Both the position numbers and the translations under genes were made by a program. Of a DNA stretch of 40,000 nucleotides, positions 39,545 to 40,000 are shown in pieces. The stretch lies in NCBI RefSeq assembly GCF_050337085.1, contig NZ_JAKJSP010000021.1:112923-152922 (forward strand). The letters are read 5' to 3'. Origin of the DNA: Photobacterium sagamiensis. Its GTDB lineage: Bacteria > Pseudomonadota > Gammaproteobacteria > Enterobacterales > Vibrionaceae. The stretch's first letter is position 1, and every line of letters starts with the position of its first letter. The notes beneath the pieces are model-generated. The model made no database searches, was not told the DNA's origin, and saw nothing but the letters and a program-made list of their open reading frames with translations.

Positions 39545-39766
39545 ATGACAATGCCTGACCAACTGGCTGAAAAAGTTATCGTTGCAGATAATCACATTGT
39601 TATTCGCGACGGATATTATGAAATCCCACTAGATGACTGTAACACTCCAGAGAAGCTTATAAGCTGGGTTATATATTTGCTTGAAAAAAAATGGATTAAT
39701 CAATCAATCATTTATCGTTTTGTTAAAACCGCATGCAAGGAGAATAACCTTAAGATCCCTTATTAA
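39545..39766 (+). CDS. Hypothetical 73-aa protein
   Basis: An AAAAGGAAA RBS-like sequence precedes the ATG. Lies between repeat units 1 and 2. No recognisable motif. Confidence 0.45.
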   Translation: MTMPDQLAEKVIVADNHIVIRDGYYEIPLDDCNTPEKLISWVIYLLEKKWINQSIIYRFVKTACKENNLKIPY

Positions 39767-39848
39767 ATTACTTGGGGGGCGGGTTGCTTAATCGCGGCTC
39801 CCCCCTTAACACCATACAAACCCGAGAAATTGCCAGATAAATTGAGTT

Positions 39849-39910
39849 TGTAGGGTTTATAGGGTTTGTGGAGGGGGGGGCTGGACCACAGCAAAATACC
39901 CCTCCCCCCC
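39849..39910. repeat. Repeat unit 2 (same architecture as unit 1)
   Basis: tgtagggtttatagggtttgtggaggggggggctggacc...cccctccccccc. A third unit begins at 39979 (gtagggtttgtagggtg) and is cut by the window end. An inverted iteron tacaaacccgagaa lies at 39815-39828. Confidence 0.8.
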
Positions 39911-40000
39911 TTCACATATGCCCATCCAAGATGTGACCGATTTTTCGAAGCCCGAAACTTTGACAAGTAATGCTAATTCGTAGGGTTTGTAGGGTGATTG

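Larger units (their letters stand above)
34753..40000. mobile_element. Integrative island 2, phage-satellite-like (PICI/P4-like); right end lies outside the window
   Basis: Gene order is att - int - alpA-like - Prim-Pol/DUF3987 replicase - iteron repeats. No distal att copy is present in the window. Confidence 0.7.

Noticed and set aside
39763-39966. 67-aa ORF on the minus strand
   Set aside because: It is encoded entirely by the G-tract/C-tract and iteron repeat unit (poly-Gly/Pro-like translation), so it is almost certainly non-coding.
39389-40000. Could the repeated units be a CRISPR array?
   Set aside because: The units are ~460 bp and then ~130 bp apart, contain internal iterons and homopolymer hairpins, and are only ~80-90% similar. 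No regular repeat-spacer periodicity and no cas genes are present.

Overview
This looks like a chromosomal window from a Vibrionaceae-like gammaproteobacterium; that assignment is inferred from gene content and E. coli-like synteny, not from any search. Positions 1 to ~27.9 kb are ordinary core genome: ccmF(partial)-ccmG-ccmH-ccmI, mlaA/vacJ, two fadL paralogues, an ECF sigma/anti-sigma pair, fadI-fadJ, an M16 pitrilysin-family protease, sixA, a small lipoprotein, smrB, prmB, queC, a CysK-like PLP enzyme divergent from a DecR/YbaO-like regulator, mdlA/mdlB-like ABC exporters, tesB, ybaY, ybaZ/atl and a membrane protein. The core ends with the 4.5S (SRP) RNA gene ffs at 27954-28069. The last 35 nt of ffs plus 11 nt downstream form a perfect 46-bp direct repeat (28035-28080 = 34753-34798). 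The repeat bounds a visibly AT-rich ~6.7 kb island and marks the start of a second island that runs off the window. Island 1 carries a lambda RexA/RexB-like gene pair, a small serine recombinase preceded by a GGTAACA repeat array, and a tyrosine integrase. It also carries a 496-aa protein that fuses an N-terminal HNH nuclease motif, ~330 aa of unrecognisable sequence and a C-terminal domain closely resembling the trigger-factor FKBP/PPIase domain. That fusion is my best candidate for an undescribed defence gene. Island 2 carries a homologous integrase, an AlpA-like protein, a Prim-Pol/DUF3987-type replicase and iteron plus G-tract repeat units, which is a phage-satellite-like (PICI/P4-like) layout. 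I saw no rRNA genes, tRNA genes or CRISPR arrays.
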